Positions 62,287 through 64,000 of a stretch of DNA of 64,000 nucleotides are shown one piece after another. Under the pieces are notes generated by a model, which saw nothing but the letters and a program-made list of their open reading frames with translations, was not told the origin of the DNA and ran no database searches. The DNA is taken from the NCBI GenBank assembly GCA_902614355.1, contig CACMKP010000005.1, positions 10,574-74,573 of the forward strand, given 5' to 3'. Made by a program: the position numbers and the translations under genes. The DNA comes from an uncultured Pelagibacteraceae bacterium. Lineage in GTDB: Bacteria > Pseudomonadota > Alphaproteobacteria > Pelagibacterales > Pelagibacteraceae. How positions within the stretch are numbered: position 1 is the stretch's first letter; every line of letters starts with the position of its first letter.

Positions 62287-63437
62287 TATTTTTCCTGTAT
62301 TGCTATTCTTTTATTGTACCAATTCATTAAAATTGAAATTGAGATACTTAGAGTTAAATAAGTAAACATTGTTATAGAGACTATTTCGATGGCTTTACCA
62401 GTTTGCATTAGTGCAGTTCCAGCAAAAACTAAGACCAAATCTGGATAAGCTATTGCTGCTGCAAGAGAAGAATTTTTTGTTAAATTTAGGTATTGATTGG
62501 TTGTTGGTGGAATAATTATTCTTAAAGCTTGTGGCATAATCACTAATTTTAAAACCTGATTAGGTGTTAAACCTATTGATGCTGCAGCTTCTTTTTGACC
62601 TTTTCCAACTCCTTGAATTCCAGCTCTGACACATTCTGCAATAAATGTTGCAGTATACAAAGACAGGGAAAGTGTTAGGGCAATAAGTTCTGGCGGCAAA
62701 CTTACTCCTCCTTCGTATATAAAAGATGTAGTTGCTAATTGTTTAAGAACAGGAACTTCAAATGAAAGTTTTACTCCACCTATCAAAAAACTCAGTAGAG
62801 GAAGAATAAAGATCAATCCTAATGAAATAAAAAAAACTGGAATTTGTTTACCTTGATTTTCTTGAACTTTTTTTGCATGAATTCTTATGACAATAATAGC
62901 TATTACTGCTGCAACAAGCGAATAAAAGAAAATACTAAAATTTTGCCAAATAAAAGCAGGGACATATAATCCCTTTATAGTTAAGAAAAAAACTCCAAAA
63001 ATTGCTTCTGCATCTTGTGGAAGTGGTAATGCTCTGAGAGCAGCAAAATACCAAAAAAAGATTTGAAGTAGTAATGGAATATTTCTAAAAAATTCAACAT
63101 AAAAAGCTGCAAATTTATTTATTAAATAGTTAGGAGATAATCTAGCGACACCAACTATTACACCTAAAATTGTAGCAATAATTATACCTATAACTGAAAC
63201 TAGTATTGTGTTTAATAACCCAACTAAATAAGCTCTGAAATAAGAGTGAGATCCATCATATTCAATCAAAGAAAATTGAACATCAAAAGAAGACTCTTGT
63301 GATAAGAAACCATATCCAAAATCAATACCTCTATTTTCCATATTGATTTGAGCGTTGTAAGTAAAAAAACCAAAAATCAAAACCACAGCTATGACTGTGA
63401 TTAATTGAGGAACTATGTCTTTAAGTTTAAGATTCAC
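62286..63437 (-). CDS. aapQ: General L-amino acid ABC transporter permease (AapQ/BztB)
   Basis: GLLNT, RNIPLLLQ, AECVRAGIQ, KNSSLA. Confidence 0.92.
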   Translation of the reverse strand: MNLKLKDIVPQLITVIAVVLIFGFFTYNAQINMENRGIDFGYGFLSQESSFDVQFSLIEYDGSHSYFRAYLVGLLNTILVSVIGIIIATILGVIVGVARLSPNYLINKFAAFYVEFFRNIPLLLQIFFWYFAALRALPLPQDAEAIFGVFFLTIKGLYVPAFIWQNFSIFFYSLVAAVIAIIVIRIHAKKVQENQGKQIPVFFISLGLIFILPLLSFLIGGVKLSFEVPVLKQLATTSFIYEGGVSLPPELIALTLSLSLYTATFIAECVRAGIQGVGKGQKEAAASIGLTPNQVLKLVIMPQALRIIIPPTTNQYLNLTKNSSLAAAIAYPDLVLVFAGTALMQTGKAIEIVSITMFTYLTLSISISILMNWYNKRIAIQEK

Positions 63438-63463
63438 AAATGTGATAATATATAAATTTATAA

Positions 63464-63493
63464 AAAAAGGGCTAGAAAAATCTAGCCCTTTTT
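63464..63493 (-). terminator. Hairpin with U-tract between aapJ and aapQ
   Basis: AAAAAGGGCTAGA-AAAA-TCTAGCCCTTTTT. Confidence 0.85.
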
Positions 63494-63511
63494 AAGTATT
63501 TTAAACTGAAA

Positions 63512-64000
63512 TTATCTTGCAGGTGGAACGTAAAGTATTCCGCCCTTTGTCCATAATTGGTTTGGACCTCTGTCTGGTAAAATTCCAGTGTCAGCAATAT
63601 TTCTCTTATAGCTTTCACCGTAATTACCAACTTGCTTGATAATTCTCAAGCTCCAGTCATTGTCTAGACCAAAAGCAGCACCTAATTCACCCTCAGCTCC
63701 AACTAATCTTTTGATTGCTGGATTGTCAGAAGTTTTCATCATGTCTGCATTTGCTGAAGTAATTCCATATTCTTCAGCTTCGATCATTGTGTTCAAAGAC
63801 CATCTTACGATATCTTCCCAAACTGAATCACCTTGTCTTACAACTGGTCCTAAAGGTTCTTTAGAAATAGTTTCTGGTAAAACAATGTGTTCATCAGGGT
63901 TCTTCATTTTTGTTCTTTGAGCAGCTAAACCAGATTTATCAGTAGTGTAAGTATCACATCTACCTGCATCGTAAGCAGCTACGACTTCATCAGCTTTTTC
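63512..64000 (-). CDS. aapJ: General L-amino acid ABC transporter substrate-binding protein (AapJ/BztA), 3' part
   Basis: Frame open to the window end: AYDAGRCDTYTTDKSGL..ISKEPLGPVVRQGD..VGNYGE. Confidence 0.93.
   Translation of the reverse strand, partial: EKADEVVAAYDAGRCDTYTTDKSGLAAQRTKMKNPDEHIVLPETISKEPLGPVVRQGDSVWEDIVRWSLNTMIEAEEYGITSANADMMKTSDNPAIKRLVGAEGELGAAFGLDNDWSLRIIKQVGNYGESYKRNIADTGILPDRGPNQLWTKGGILYVPPAR

Overview
Very AT-rich, densely packed alphaproteobacterial chromosome segment. Gene content, minimal intergenic spacers and protein sequences point to SAR11/Pelagibacterales; this assignment is inferred, not searched. Two housekeeping blocks (metG-holB-tmk-dacA through gyrA, ssb/uvrA, secDF, serS, tat, scpAB, nagZ, argS, xth; and manC-ilvD-valS, tRNAs, aapJQMP) flank a ~23 kb nutrient-limitation cluster at ~31.0-53.7 kb. 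The cluster holds: a zinc module (znuA-COG0523-WD40-small Cys/His protein, divergent from znuCB-zur, with two tandem Zur boxes); an ArsR-less arsenic operon (small membrane protein-arsC-aqpS-NUDIX); a Lys-rich orphan; ppx-ppk1-sixA; the Pho/Pst system with visible Pho boxes; and the plcP-glycosyltransferase-DAG kinase lipid-remodelling module. Four tRNAs are present (Ser, Lys, Cys, Asn). No CRISPR array, integrase or transposase was seen. The best leads are an 86-aa candidate SPOR-less minimal FtsN, the COG0523-WD40-CxxxxC triad, a Tgt that has lost its zinc ligands, a phoB/sixA/ppk non-contiguous operon layout, and a Pho-box switch between plcP and the DAG kinase gene.
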